A stretch of 64,000 bases of DNA from an uncultured virus (IMG/VR IMGVR_UViG_3300038335_000129) (Duplodnaviria > Heunggongvirae > Uroviricota > Caudoviricetes): the IMG/VR virus record IMGVR_UViG_3300038335_000129; one strand, 5' to 3'. Below are positions 37,180 through 48,414 of the stretch, piece by piece. The notes beneath the pieces were generated by a model. That model did no database searches. It was given only the letters and a program-made list of their open reading frames with translations, and was not told the DNA's origin. Positions within the stretch are counted from its first letter, which is position 1; each line of letters opens with the position of its first letter. Both the position numbers and the translations under genes were made by a program.

Positions 37180-38319
37180 TTATGACAATTTCAGTTTCTT
37201 AATTGCTTGATCGTTGATGACCATGCCGCCGACCTGTTTGGTTGTGTAGAACAACACATGAGGCTTTTTGGTATATGGATCTCTCAGGGTGCTGATCCCT
37301 TTTTTATCCACGATTCGATAAGCAGAAAAATCACCGTACAGAATTGGAGTTGCCCCAGTCACCAGTGTCCCGGATGACGTTGCATTCGGCATGTCATCAG
37401 CAACAATATAAGTGTCACCAAGGATCGTGTTCGGCTTGTCTACTTGAGTAGATGGTTGCCATACATACTGGCCATTCTCATCTTTCAGCGTCCGGATGTA
37501 AGCCAAAGTGAACCGGTTGAACATGAAGTTTGCATTGATCGCAAACTCTTGTCTAAGTTCGGCTTGCATCTGGATTAGAGCATCAAAATCCAATGTGTCG
37601 GTAATAATGCCGACCTGATCGCTAACCAGTAATCCCTCTGGCATATTGATGCCATTCCCGTTAATAAAGGCATAGCCTTCACGTCGGCCAAATCTGTTCG
37701 CAATTCTTTGGTTGATATAGCTTTCGAAATTAAAAGCCGGATCGTCAATCAATTGCTGGGTTGCTGATGGTTGAGCATACATTTCGTGCAAAGTGATCCG
37801 CACCATTTCTAAATCGCCGGTAGTGGTTTCTGGGCGGTCTTCTCTTTCCCCGACCCAGCCAGATTCAAAGTCGTCTTCGCCCTCTCTTGGGATTTTCAGA
37901 GAATTACCGGTTGAAATGGTCGACTTGCTGGCCACCTGACGGACTGGAGAAAAGTCTCGAATTCTTTCAATGATAGTTGTTTCCATCTGTTCCGGGATCA
38001 TGTACCCGCCTTCTGGGTCGCTGTCCATTGACAATCCCTTTGTCTCGGGGATAATCCCTTTTCGCATGTATTCCATCATCGCTTTTACTTCGGCGGTTTG
38101 TGGAACGTCGCCACCTTCACCTGGGGCGGTGTTCACTCGCTGGGCCTTCAGTTCGATTTTGTCAAGCTGTGCCTGAAGCTTTTCCATCTTTTCTTTTAAA
38201 TAACCAGCGGCCGCACCATACTGCTTGACCTCTGCCTGCACCTGGTCGTTTGTTTCTTTGAACACGGCAAACGCTCTGTTCATTTCTTCAATCATCTGTT
38301 TTTGTTCTGCTACACTCAT
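37180..38319 (-). CDS. Major capsid protein, HK97 family
   Basis: Coiled-coil delta domain, GGYMIP, WVGE and GDF...RDPYT motifs. Confidence 0.93.
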   Translation of the reverse strand: MSVAEQKQMIEEMNRAFAVFKETNDQVQAEVKQYGAAAGYLKEKMEKLQAQLDKIELKAQRVNTAPGEGGDVPQTAEVKAMMEYMRKGIIPETKGLSMDSDPEGGYMIPEQMETTIIERIRDFSPVRQVASKSTISTGNSLKIPREGEDDFESGWVGEREDRPETTTGDLEMVRITLHEMYAQPSATQQLIDDPAFNFESYINQRIANRFGRREGYAFINGNGINMPEGLLVSDQVGIITDTLDFDALIQMQAELRQEFAINANFMFNRFTLAYIRTLKDENGQYVWQPSTQVDKPNTILGDTYIVADDMPNATSSGTLVTGATPILYGDFSAYRIVDKKGISTLRDPYTKKPHVLFYTTKQVGGMVINDQAIKKLKLS

Positions 38320-38321
38320 AC

Positions 38322-39386
38322 TTACACCTCATCCTTTTTCATATTTTTTGCGTAATCTAAAAAGCCCTCACATAGAGCCTTGAATTCTAAATCTTCGCCG
38401 GCAGCCTTTTCTTCATCATCAGGTGGCGGGTCTTCCTCATCGTCCGTCTCATCGCCAAACATGGCCTTTTGGATCTTGTCCCAGTTGCATCCCATTACTT
38501 CCGACACGGCCTTCATAATGCCCTGCAATCGCTCGGCGTTCGGCTTTGATATCGCCGCCCCGGCTTTAATTTCGTGCATAAAAATACTCGATGCTTTTTC
38601 GACCAATTCGGTCGCATCGAGTTGCTTTTGTGATTCATCTTCAGCTTCAATAAGCAGTTTATACATTTCAATACAGGTATCATGGTATTCCTGTAAACTT
38701 GCATCGATTAGTGCCACTTTCTGGATGGTATTAATTGATACGTCATTCATGATTCCCCTTATAGCATCATTAAGGGCATCATTTACTCTGTACCGCATTC
38801 GCCTCAGCTCTTCAAGCTGTAATACCTGGTTAAAACTGAACGCCTTTGTTCCAATCATAAATTCCAATTCTTTCCCTCCTTCTACAGATTTGACGCTCCC
38901 CTGCACATTCTGTGCCATCGGGTTCATGGGGAACGTCACCCGTGAACCTTCCATAATGTCGATATCCAGTAGGTCCCGAATGGTTGTCTTCCCTTCGATC
39001 ACATATTTATAGGCCAAAGTGTTGTATCCTATCGAATATTTCACCGCCACGCCGTCTGTTTCGGCTCTTTTTAACAGAGCGTAGTGTTTATGTGCCTCGG
39101 GGAAAATAATCGCCCCTTCGTCCTTTTCGAGATAAAGCGTAATATTGGCTTTAATCCCTTCCGGTGTCGAAAACAAATCCATGTGGCCATGCTCGGTGCC
39201 AACCTGATGCTGGCTTAACAGTGGCAACTTCTTGCCCTCATTCCTGGCCGCAATGCTCGGCTTTACCCGGTCATTCCCCAGGTCGACATTATCGTAGGGC
39301 GATAATAAAATGACCGCTTTCCCCTTGTCCCCATCGGTATGGACATCGGAAACGGTCACCGCAAATTCTTTATATTCCAGACTCAA
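38322..39386 (-). CDS. Prohead protease with a long C-terminal extension
   Basis: D..ND, LLSQH, YSIGY and EGSRVTFPMNP motifs. Confidence 0.85.
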   Translation of the reverse strand: MSLEYKEFAVTVSDVHTDGDKGKAVILLSPYDNVDLGNDRVKPSIAARNEGKKLPLLSQHQVGTEHGHMDLFSTPEGIKANITLYLEKDEGAIIFPEAHKHYALLKRAETDGVAVKYSIGYNTLAYKYVIEGKTTIRDLLDIDIMEGSRVTFPMNPMAQNVQGSVKSVEGGKELEFMIGTKAFSFNQVLQLEELRRMRYRVNDALNDAIRGIMNDVSINTIQKVALIDASLQEYHDTCIEMYKLLIEAEDESQKQLDATELVEKASSIFMHEIKAGAAISKPNAERLQGIMKAVSEVMGCNWDKIQKAMFGDETDDEEDPPPDDEEKAAGEDLEFKALCEGFLDYAKNMKKDEV

Positions 39387-39434
39387 TTCACCACCACCTT
39401 TCGTATTGGATTAGACATTTGATCACTCCTTCCA

Positions 39435-41525
39435 TTATTCAAAATCAGCTGGAACTTCTATGCATCGGCATTCCGTAATTTCTTTTGCCGGTCCATCAGG
39501 GTCCCCGGGGTGCATTAAACCATTGCTGAACGGCTTATTTATATCTCTAATTTGACCGTTTAGAACAACATGATTTGCCTTATCTTTGGGGTCATTCCCC
39601 CTTACTGCCTTATCCTTGGCCGTTACCCACTTCTTTTTCTTAACACCGGAATCAACCATCGCTTGGTGATTACCTTTGATAATTGAGTTGTGGACCTCGG
39701 TACTTGCGATCCGCTTCGCTCTGCCAATTGAGTTTATCTCCGACTGGTCAAAGATGTTCTGGGCGATTTCGGCATTGCTTAAGCCCTTTTCCATGCCGTC
39801 GGAAATGATCCGTTTTATCTGGTCCTTGGTGGTCTGATTAACATAGGTCACCTGCTGTGCCGCAGATTCTCTAGCCCACTTAAGCAGATCCTCGTTCATA
39901 ATGGCTTCAATCCCGGTTTCTTCCAGATTCAGGGCAAATATTTCATCGGCGATGCTGTAACCAACACCCATGCTTTCAAGGTAAAGCTGCACAATGGTAC
40001 TGGCAAACAGTTCATTTTCAGCATCCCAATCAAGCAAGCTATCGAGTAATGTCTTCAACTGGTCCTCAGTTAATTCTTGCTGATCATCAGCCTTAATCTC
40101 AATCGGGTCAGCGCTCTTAAACCCCTTCTTGATCCGTTTTGCCTGGTCAATGAAGTATTTGCCAATGATCGGCTGCTGCTTCTTAATCCCGGCTTCAATT
40201 GCCGCATTGAAGATTTGCAAGGCTTTTGTCTGCTTAACGCTTTTGTGTTCACCTCCCCCCGACATCGCCTTAAAATTTACATCATCGTTTCCTTCATCGC
40301 CGGTCGGCTGCGGTGGCTGGATCGGCTTGCCCTCTGGGATATCAATGTATGACATCGGGATCCGGTAGACATCCAACCCGTTTTTGGTATCTAGTCCCAC
40401 ATATTCCCGCTTATCATTTTCAGTCATGAAGGTTACGCCGCTCACCATGTCAAACTTCTCTTTGATATTCTCCTGCATCTCAGCAATATCACTCAGGTCA
40501 AAATAAAAGAACTCACTGTCAGCGAGTCCCAAGAATTGTCCGAGTTCGTCCGCCAGCTCCCGTAAGAGCGGGATAACGGTTTCGGTATACAGCGACTTTT
40601 TAGCCTCTGATTTGTTGTTGTACGAGCTAAATTCATTGAACCCGATTAAGATGGGGTCAACGCCCAAGGAAGCGCATATCTCGACGATGGTTTGTTTGGA
40701 ACCTTCCAGCCAGTCGGTGTCTTTCGGGTTGTTGCCGAAATCCACGAACGTTGCCCCGCCTTCAAGCAACATGTATCCGCCTGGGTTGTCGCCGTTATAC
40801 TCAGATCTTATTTCGTCTTTTGTTCTTTGCCTAGCAATTTCCCCTAATGTCTCTGCAATAACAAAAGCACCATCTTTCTTTGCCCCATTCTTCATGAGGC
40901 TGTAGTTCCATTGCTTGATGGCATTGTTCTGGTCAATCACTCGTGCCGCTGGCCCTAAAATGCTCATGCCTCGACCAAGGCCGTCGTATTCGTCCATGGG
41001 ATTAAATGATTTCCAGTGGAGTATATTTTCTGGCTCGATCGATTTAATGCTGCCGGCATGATATTGAAACGATGCGATTGGTCGATCTGCATCCCTTCCA
41101 AACTCAATAACACATCGGTCAGGTCGGTAACAATATAGTTCTTTCGCTTCCCCGCTAGCGATTGTTTTATGAATGAAGGTTTCCCCGCCCAGATAAAAGA
41201 ACTTAATCGCCCTTTCCAAAAACTTTGATTGCCCCTGCATGGGGTTTGGGTTCTCGATTAACAACTTCATTGGGTGATTCGGGATCTTTTCAAGTGAGCT
41301 ATCCTCGCTGTAGGTAGCCACTTCCCAGTTTATCGCCGTTGCAGCCTTGACTATCTTATCAAGACACGCATAAACGACAAAGTTCTGGTACCCCTCTTTG
41401 CACATGTTGGGGTAATTGACTTCCGTGTGCTTTTGGATTCCTCCGTTCACCCGCAAGATCTTCGTAAATACAGAGTCTTCGCTTAATGAAAATGCTTTTA
41501 CTGCCCATTTTTGGAATTTATTCAA
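39435..41525 (-). CDS. Portal protein fused to a MuF-like minor head domain
   Basis: HK97-type portal followed by RAKRIASTE...KKWVTAKD...H...ECRC. Confidence 0.88.
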   Translation of the reverse strand: MNKFQKWAVKAFSLSEDSVFTKILRVNGGIQKHTEVNYPNMCKEGYQNFVVYACLDKIVKAATAINWEVATYSEDSSLEKIPNHPMKLLIENPNPMQGQSKFLERAIKFFYLGGETFIHKTIASGEAKELYCYRPDRCVIEFGRDADRPIASFQYHAGSIKSIEPENILHWKSFNPMDEYDGLGRGMSILGPAARVIDQNNAIKQWNYSLMKNGAKKDGAFVIAETLGEIARQRTKDEIRSEYNGDNPGGYMLLEGGATFVDFGNNPKDTDWLEGSKQTIVEICASLGVDPILIGFNEFSSYNNKSEAKKSLYTETVIPLLRELADELGQFLGLADSEFFYFDLSDIAEMQENIKEKFDMVSGVTFMTENDKREYVGLDTKNGLDVYRIPMSYIDIPEGKPIQPPQPTGDEGNDDVNFKAMSGGGEHKSVKQTKALQIFNAAIEAGIKKQQPIIGKYFIDQAKRIKKGFKSADPIEIKADDQQELTEDQLKTLLDSLLDWDAENELFASTIVQLYLESMGVGYSIADEIFALNLEETGIEAIMNEDLLKWARESAAQQVTYVNQTTKDQIKRIISDGMEKGLSNAEIAQNIFDQSEINSIGRAKRIASTEVHNSIIKGNHQAMVDSGVKKKKWVTAKDKAVRGNDPKDKANHVVLNGQIRDINKPFSNGLMHPGDPDGPAKEITECRCIEVPADFE

Positions 41526-41532
41526 TACTTTC

Positions 41533-42819
41533 TCACCTCCCTATGCGTGTGATTCTGAATGCTGACTCGTTGTTTAAGATCGTAAAACAGAAATACCTTA
41601 ACGCATCCATCGCATGATCATGATCCTTGATCGGCTTATCCTCGCCTCGATCAGCTGCCTTTTTATCCCAGATGTAATTACTAAATTCTTTGATTGTGTT
41701 GATGCAATTATCCAATATTTTTATTCTCCCTAGATCAAGAACAACGCCAGTGACGCGAATGCCATCAATAACCTCGTTTTTTGCTTTTCTTATTGAAAGG
41801 CCGCGTGTTTTTAATTCGGCGATAAAGGAAGCTGCCGACGGGTCAATAATGATTTGCTCAATCTGCCTGCCATTGATAAACTCAATCAAATCATCAGCAA
41901 ACTTACTATCCGTCTTTTGCTTTGCCGCTTCTCTGCCTGAGTAGTAATATTCCTCAGTGCAGTACCACGTCCCTGATATGCCACGTTCCCACAATAAAAA
42001 AACGGTCGCGTTTTGCGTACCGTAATCAATCGAAATATAGCGTTCTTTTGTTAATTCCTCTGGCACCTCATGGATCACATGCTTTTCAGCATCAAACATG
42101 TCATAAATAATCCCCTGGGCAATGGTCCATAACCCCAGAATGTACCGCTTGTAAAACACGCCGGTATACATGGACCGATAACGCGCTTTGATCTTTTCAG
42201 ATAAGGACAAATTGTCATCCATGGTGAAGTGCAGGTACAAGATATTCTTTTTGTCAATCTCATTAATCCAGTTGACTTTAAACCAGTGATAAGGGCCGTC
42301 CGGGTTACAATTGAACCAGAACTTTGATCCATCAACCGAACAACGCCCGGTGGCTTGATTAACAAAAGATTCCGGCATCAGTGCCACTTCATCAAAGAAG
42401 ACACCGGCCAGCGTGATCCCTTGGATAAGATCCTGCGACCGTTCATCCTTGCCACCAAAAACATAAAAGTAATTAGTGACGCCTTTTCTAGTGACTGTTA
42501 CCAAGTTGTCCGCCCGGTTGTCGTGGACTTTATAACCCCGGGACTTGAGCATTAGTTTCAACCAGAATAAAACATTACGCCGGAATGAACCAATGGTCTT
42601 TCCGCACATCCCAAAGTTTTGGCCGTTGAATGTCTCCATGGCCCATATCACAAAGGATAATGACATGGATAAGGTTTTGCCTGACCGGATCGCTCCATCG
42701 GCTATTATCCCGTCCTTGTCATACATAGGGCTTTCTGGCATCCACCAGGTTAAAACTTTCTTCTGCTTATTTGAGAATGGTTTGAACTTAAAAACCGCTT
42801 TTCTAATCGTCGGACTCAT
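41533..42819 (-). CDS. Terminase large subunit (PBSX-like)
   Basis: GAIRSGKT, FFDEVAL, IDYGT and DHAMDALRY motifs. Confidence 0.95.
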   Translation of the reverse strand: MSPTIRKAVFKFKPFSNKQKKVLTWWMPESPMYDKDGIIADGAIRSGKTLSMSLSFVIWAMETFNGQNFGMCGKTIGSFRRNVLFWLKLMLKSRGYKVHDNRADNLVTVTRKGVTNYFYVFGGKDERSQDLIQGITLAGVFFDEVALMPESFVNQATGRCSVDGSKFWFNCNPDGPYHWFKVNWINEIDKKNILYLHFTMDDNLSLSEKIKARYRSMYTGVFYKRYILGLWTIAQGIIYDMFDAEKHVIHEVPEELTKERYISIDYGTQNATVFLLWERGISGTWYCTEEYYYSGREAAKQKTDSKFADDLIEFINGRQIEQIIIDPSAASFIAELKTRGLSIRKAKNEVIDGIRVTGVVLDLGRIKILDNCINTIKEFSNYIWDKKAADRGEDKPIKDHDHAMDALRYFCFTILNNESAFRITRIGR

Positions 42820-43702
42820 CCCACACCTCCGAAGCGTCGCCCTTTAGAGCTTCGATGAATCCGTCGTCTTCGTAGGTTTCCGGGTCGTTGTTTAGTTTGG
42901 TCATTTCGAGTTTCATTTTGTCAATACGGGTTTGCTGCTCGTTTGTCGCTAAATCCATATGGTCCGATAACCATTGAAGGGCTTTCATGCGATCCGCCAG
43001 TTTGATACTGGCACCGTCTTTGCCCTGCTTAACTTCGGCGAGGATTGATCCGTCCACTTCGGACGACTCCCGAAACTCAACGACGTTAATTTCTTTCATG
43101 AGCGGGACTTCTTTTCCTGCTTCATTTTTAACTTTTACAGGGCCAAAGGCTCCCATGACTTGAACTTCACGGCGGCCGAATGATAAGAAGTCAGTGATAT
43201 CAGCAAAGGCGATGTCCCAATACTTCTGGAAGACGTCTTCCTCGCTTATGAAGGACCGCACATAACGCTCTTGTTTAAGCTTCATTACCTCATCTTTGAC
43301 CTTATCAATTCTTAACATTCTACTACCATTTGCCATAGCTGATTCATAGTCGCATCCATATGCTTTCTGGTAGCTCCGCGTCGCATTAAAGGACTTGCTG
43401 TAATACAGGCAGAAAAGCCGTTGCTCATCCGTTAGGTCAGGATTGTTAATAACTGATTCAACCTCCGGTATAACAGTCTTGTTCTTCTTGCTTTTGGTTG
43501 TTTTTTTATTAGTAACGTTACTAATCGTGTTTGGTAACGTTACTTTTCCCCAATGATCTTGATTTTTCCACTTTCTGATCTGTGATTCAGACACGCCGAG
43601 CTCTTTGGCAATATCTTTAAGCGGCTTCTTCTGACCGCTGTTGCTCCATAATTCGTACGCCTTATCCCGGTTAGGACTTCTCGCTCTCGGCAATCTCACC
43701 AC
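42803..43702 (-). CDS. Terminase small subunit
   Basis: HTH followed by QRLFC...NATRSYQKAYG. Confidence 0.88.
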   Translation of the reverse strand: MVRLPRARSPNRDKAYELWSNSGQKKPLKDIAKELGVSESQIRKWKNQDHWGKVTLPNTISNVTNKKTTKSKKNKTVIPEVESVINNPDLTDEQRLFCLYYSKSFNATRSYQKAYGCDYESAMANGSRMLRIDKVKDEVMKLKQERYVRSFISEEDVFQKYWDIAFADITDFLSFGRREVQVMGAFGPVKVKNEAGKEVPLMKEINVVEFRESSEVDGSILAEVKQGKDGASIKLADRMKALQWLSDHMDLATNEQQTRIDKMKLEMTKLNNDPETYEDDGFIEALKGDASEVWDESDD

Positions 43703-43728
43703 CTCTCATTCATTTCGTTTCGGAATTC

Positions 43729-43998
43729 CTACTTCAGCAAATACCACTCACTCTCAAAAACCCAACGGTTCCTTGTAGAAATATCGCCGTCACCCTCTTT
43801 GATGATATAAGTACCGTCATCAATAAATACATCGCCCTCAGCTTCTTCCCCGGTTCTCATGAAAAGCCCTCGCCCTTTCATGACAAACCGCTCGCCCGTC
43901 ATGATCGCATCATATAACCATGCCGGCATTTTCTCAGTTATATCACTATTCCATTGATGAGCTTCAACCGTTTGTGGTTTTCTCGCATAACTGGCCAT
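43729..43998 (-). CDS. Hypothetical phage protein (RKP..VEA.QW family)
   Basis: ORF in the operon. Confidence 0.65.
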   Translation of the reverse strand: MASYARKPQTVEAHQWNSDITEKMPAWLYDAIMTGERFVMKGRGLFMRTGEEAEGDVFIDDGTYIIKEGDGDISTRNRWVFESEWYLLK

Positions 43999-44818
43999 GG
44001 TTTACCCCTTTCCCAGAACATATTCTTCGTCAATCTGTTCTCTCGGATGTCTGAATGGCATTTCGTAGTATCTAAGAGACGGTATTGCCAACATTTTTAT
44101 TGCTTTATCTATGTCTAGTGGTTCGGATGGCACATCTAGTCCATGCATTCCACAAAGCACCTGGTTAGCACATTTTATCTTTTCCATGGTTTACCTCATG
44201 CCATTCCGCTATGGTTCTTCTTAATCTGTTCAGCTAGTCTTTTGCAAACATCGTCGATTTCAATTGCGCCACCAATATCAACCGGGCCAATATTAATGCA
44301 AACACCTTTCTTAGTTGGCTGAGGCGGTGGATCTTTGGGTTTTGTATGTCTGGGGGTTTCCGCAACCCTGTGACTATAATCAACGCTCAAAAGTCTTATT
44401 CGCTCTTGGGTGATTTCAATACCCTGCCCCGGATTACCATGTTTTCTTAAAAATTCTACCAGTGGTAAAGCCAGTCGATCCATTTCCTCAAATTGTTCTT
44501 TGTTCATGGACTTTCTCCTTATTCTTAACTTCATAATCAAATCCCCTGAAACCGCAAATAAAACATGCTTCCTGAATCCTTTGCTTTGGATCAACCCGCC
44601 TGATCGTCTGTCCCTCATCCTCCTGGATCACATCAGCGCACCGGTTACAAAGCGTCATAACCTCAACTTTATGGATCGTCATGTGTGCACCCTTTGCAGA
44701 TCAGGCACCCGGTCTGTTTCCCGGGATCTTTTAAAGTCTGCTTGTCCAAACACTCACCGTCCCGGCAATATTGACATTCTTTTTTATCACATTTATTATC
44801 TGGCACAGCATCATCCCC

Positions 44819-45217
44819 CTATATTTGTTTTAAAATCGCTTTTGATCCATAAAGCATTCCATATTTGTATCCGTATTTGCTCAACCCATAAAAATATGCA
44901 TCTCTTCTTCGGCTGTCATCCCATCGGCATATCATTATTATTTTTGACTTATTATATCTGGCATCTTCTCTGATAAATTTTTCAAACTCCAACACTTTAT
45001 TTCTCGCCCATAACAACCCTTTCAATCCATCTTTCCCGGTTTGTTCGAGTGCTGGATAAGGGTCTTTATTCTTATTCTTAATCACTAAGGAAATATTGAA
45101 ATAGACTGTCGTTTTCGTCCATTCCTCTTGAAATTCAATTCTTATTGCTTGCCCGCTGTCCATTATTTTTTTATCAAAGTAATATGGGTGTTGATCGTCA
45201 GTTGTATATTTAAACAA
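44819..45217 (-). CDS. AT-rich hypothetical protein at the start of the late region
   Basis: 132-aa ORF with RBS. Confidence 0.6.
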   Translation of the reverse strand: MFKYTTDDQHPYYFDKKIMDSGQAIRIEFQEEWTKTTVYFNISLVIKNKNKDPYPALEQTGKDGLKGLLWARNKVLEFEKFIREDARYNKSKIIMICRWDDSRRRDAYFYGLSKYGYKYGMLYGSKAILKQI

Positions 45218-45248
45218 TCCATCACCGCCCCTTTAATTTTTTTACATA

Positions 45249-45273
45249 AAAAAGACGCCCTTTCGGACGCCTA
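45249..45273 (-). terminator. Terminator after the putative late promoter leader
   Basis: AGGCGTCC-GAAA-GGGCGTCT plus T-run, with TATAAT about 50 nt upstream. Confidence 0.6.
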
Positions 45274-45364
45274 TATATTTTCTTCAAAATGTGGCTCAAT
45301 TAGGAACCTTCCACATTTTACATTATAAACTTTCTTGTTTTGAAATTGTCGGCAATGTTGTTGT

Positions 45365-45796
45365 TTACACCAACTTTATCTGTTCCAGCGCTTTATTGGT
45401 CAGGTTGTACACCTGTTTAATACTATAGTTCATTCTCTCCGCAATCTCTCCCTGGCTCAAGCATTCAACATAGGTTAGCTGCAACACCGTCCGCAATTTC
45501 GGTGTTTTCACTTGGTCCAAATGTTTCATTATCTCGACCCGAACCTTGACAGATTCTTCGATTTCCGCTTTAATTTGCAATTGTAGGGGTTCCCATTTTG
45601 CTATCCAGTCTCCAGAATCCAGACCGTCGCCTCCCCGTGGCATGTCTGTGATGACGCTGGTCACTTTGGTGGCCCCTGCAATCAATGTTTCCAGCTCGTT
45701 TTCCAAGCTGTGGGTCAACTCCATCTGATACTCATATCCCCTGAGTATTTCATCTTTCCGCTTATCTTTCGGCCGACAAACCGCTTTATTTGACAT
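45365..45796 (-). CDS. Late transcriptional activator (ArpU/RinA/sigma-region-4-like)
   Basis: C-terminal HTH LSQGEIAERMNYSIKQVY; last early gene before the packaging genes. Confidence 0.75.
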   Translation of the reverse strand: MSNKAVCRPKDKRKDEILRGYEYQMELTHSLENELETLIAGATKVTSVITDMPRGGDGLDSGDWIAKWEPLQLQIKAEIEESVKVRVEIMKHLDQVKTPKLRTVLQLTYVECLSQGEIAERMNYSIKQVYNLTNKALEQIKLV

Positions 45797-47851
45797 CCGC
45801 TTCCCCCTCTGATAAAATAATTTTGTGAGTTATCTACCAGGGGCGAAAGCCCTTTTTTTATGTCAACTAATCAGCCAATAAACTCTGAAGCATGCAAGAC
45901 ACTATGCCCAATCGGAATCCACATAATTTGCTTTACAACTTTTTCATCTTTCCAAGTGTATAAGTAACTCTGGCAGCTTCCTGGATTTTTTAAATCGATC
46001 TCAAGCCCCGCATCTTTACACATGTCCAAGAACTTATCTTTTTCAAAATTGTTTTGAACTCGTACTACAACTTTATATTTGACAAAATCATCTATCGTTT
46101 TCACTTTTTAAAACCTCCTAATTTCTTACTCAACCACTCAAGCAATTCATATAACCGAAGCTCTTTCGCCACTGCGTCTATGAGTTCGTTCCATGCTTCG
46201 CGAAGCCTGTCCGTGTCAAGGCCAATATATACTCCTCCTTCTTCACCCTGATCGTATCTATTTACTTTTTCATAGTTACCATAGCCTTTGCACGCATCAC
46301 AAGGATCTGTATTTTCGGCTTCATCGCTTTTGCATCCTAAACAACTCGGTTCAATAGTCATCTAAAACCTCCTCAATATTCAGTTGACGCGATAATTTCA
46401 GGTTCATCGATATCCCCAAGTTGTTTTATTTCATCATCAAATGAAGTGTAAACACAAAGCGTTCCTGCAAAATATCCCAAATTACCAAATATTTTATCGC
46501 CAGTTACAACTTTTCCTTTTTCCAATTCCCCAGATGTTTCTTTCCACATTCCACATGTTTTTATATTTACCACCTCGGGATCGCATTCGTAACCAGCCCC
46601 CGTTAGTTTGTTGTGCCACTCTTGCGTTTCTTTTAAAGCCCATGGGCTTGCTACATAATCGCACTCATCAAATAAATAAACGTTTATTTCTGCCATCTCA
46701 AAACCTCCTATAATTCCCTCTATCCCCAACACAAAACATTCGGCCTCTGTAATTTGGTATGTAGCCGTATTTTTTCGCATTGCTTTTCATCCGGTAATCA
46801 GCCTGGTAGATTTTCTTTTTCTTGGTTGATGAATAAAAATCAAAGCTTTCAAAGTATACGTCTTCCATGAATTCAATCACCGGGCGTATTGCCTTGGCAA
46901 TGGCATTAGCTATTTCTTTAAGGGCGCACCCTAGCCTTTCAATAGTTTTATAAATTTCAATTACTTGTTCATCGGTAAAGCCATGTCCCCTCCCGACTAT
47001 TAATATTTGTTCATTTTTGCACTTCTCTTTTTCTATAAACTCATCCTTGATATTTGACGGAACAAACCACCCAATATCTTCAGCGCGTGCTTCGTATAAT
47101 CTTCGTATCTCAATCATCCCTTCCTCCCGTACTTAACCCACTCAACCAAGCCAATTCCAGCTAATGCGACACCAGCAACCACGGCCGTGACGACTGACCC
47201 CATGGCGATGATTGTAAATGCGCCTAATGCGAAATCAGTCATTCTCATACTTACCTTTCATTTCATTCAAAATCCGTTGTTTGATTTCCGGTGTTATTTC
47301 TTCGGTGGTGCGGAAACAGTTCCCGGCGTTGTAACGGTAATAATCATCACTATATCCCCACCAAACGGTATGGATTACACCGTCATCACTTGTCACAATG
47401 CAATACGCTTCCCCATCCTTCGGTTTCCATGGTAGTTTTTCAATTTCGATTGTGCCCCTTAATATACAGGAAACATTGAATAAGCTGGCATAGTTACCCT
47501 CATCGTCATACAAATCATAATCTTTGTTAAAATGAAAAGGATTAGATGAAGAACCGACCAAGTTAAACTTCTCTCCAACTTCAACGCCCAACAACTTCAA
47601 AACTTCCGGCATATAATTCACCGTTTCACCTCCACAGACTTTCGTTTCCCCTTTTTACCATAACTGATCTTTGCTTTCGGCTTGTCTTTTTCGGCCCAAT
47701 TGATAAAATTTGATTTTATTTCCAGTCGTTCGGCTTCTGTCATAACTGGTTCTTCACCAGGCTTATAATTCATCTCTTTCCCTCCCGATACTTCCGCCCA
47801 TACCATCCCCAAGCCGAACCAGTGGCAAATGCCAGGACCAGGGCCATTACT

Positions 47852-48414
47852 TCAAATGGCATTTTCGCACCTCTCTTTTTTTGCATCAATTTTCCGATGT
47901 TCTTTCCCGTGGCACCCATAACACAACCACTAAACATCTAGCGGTTTCGCATAATCAGTGTGATGACCAGACAACTTTCCTTCATCACCGCACCTCTGGC
48001 AATTAATAGGTTTGATAACATCACCTCTTTTCACCGCATTATTGAGCTCCCTTCTGGCGAAATATTTCTCATCTTTTTCTCTGATTCTGTTATTTTCTCT
48101 TTCCCGATATTTTTCAGGATTCCTCATTCTGTCCATTTTTTCAAATTCTCTATTTTTATCTCGTTTATTTTCTGGATCTCTGCTTTTTATAGCAGCTTTG
48201 CAATGACATTTTTTACAATCAAATGTTATTCCAAGTGTTGTCCTTTTATTTTTATAAAAATCTTCGTACTGCTTAAATTCTTTGCATGTCCCGCATCGAT
48301 ATAATGTAACTCCATCTTTGATAATTGTTTTTCTTCTTCTACCAATGTTTTCGATTCCCGTGTGGCTAATCGACATTTTTTCTTTGATTCTTCACTGTGC
48401 GGAATGTTATGCAT
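47852..48414 (-). pseudogene. Disrupted NUMOD3 / Zn-finger / HNH endonuclease
   Basis: Frameshift in an A-run between HSEESKKK and MSISHTG, and an in-frame TAG inside HHTDYAKPLDV*WLCYGCHGKEH. Confidence 0.7.

Noticed and set aside
47930..47932. Phage-wide TAG recoding
   Set aside because: Other genes of this prophage (for example the lysin and the 18483 moron) end normally at TAG, and this gene has a second lesion.
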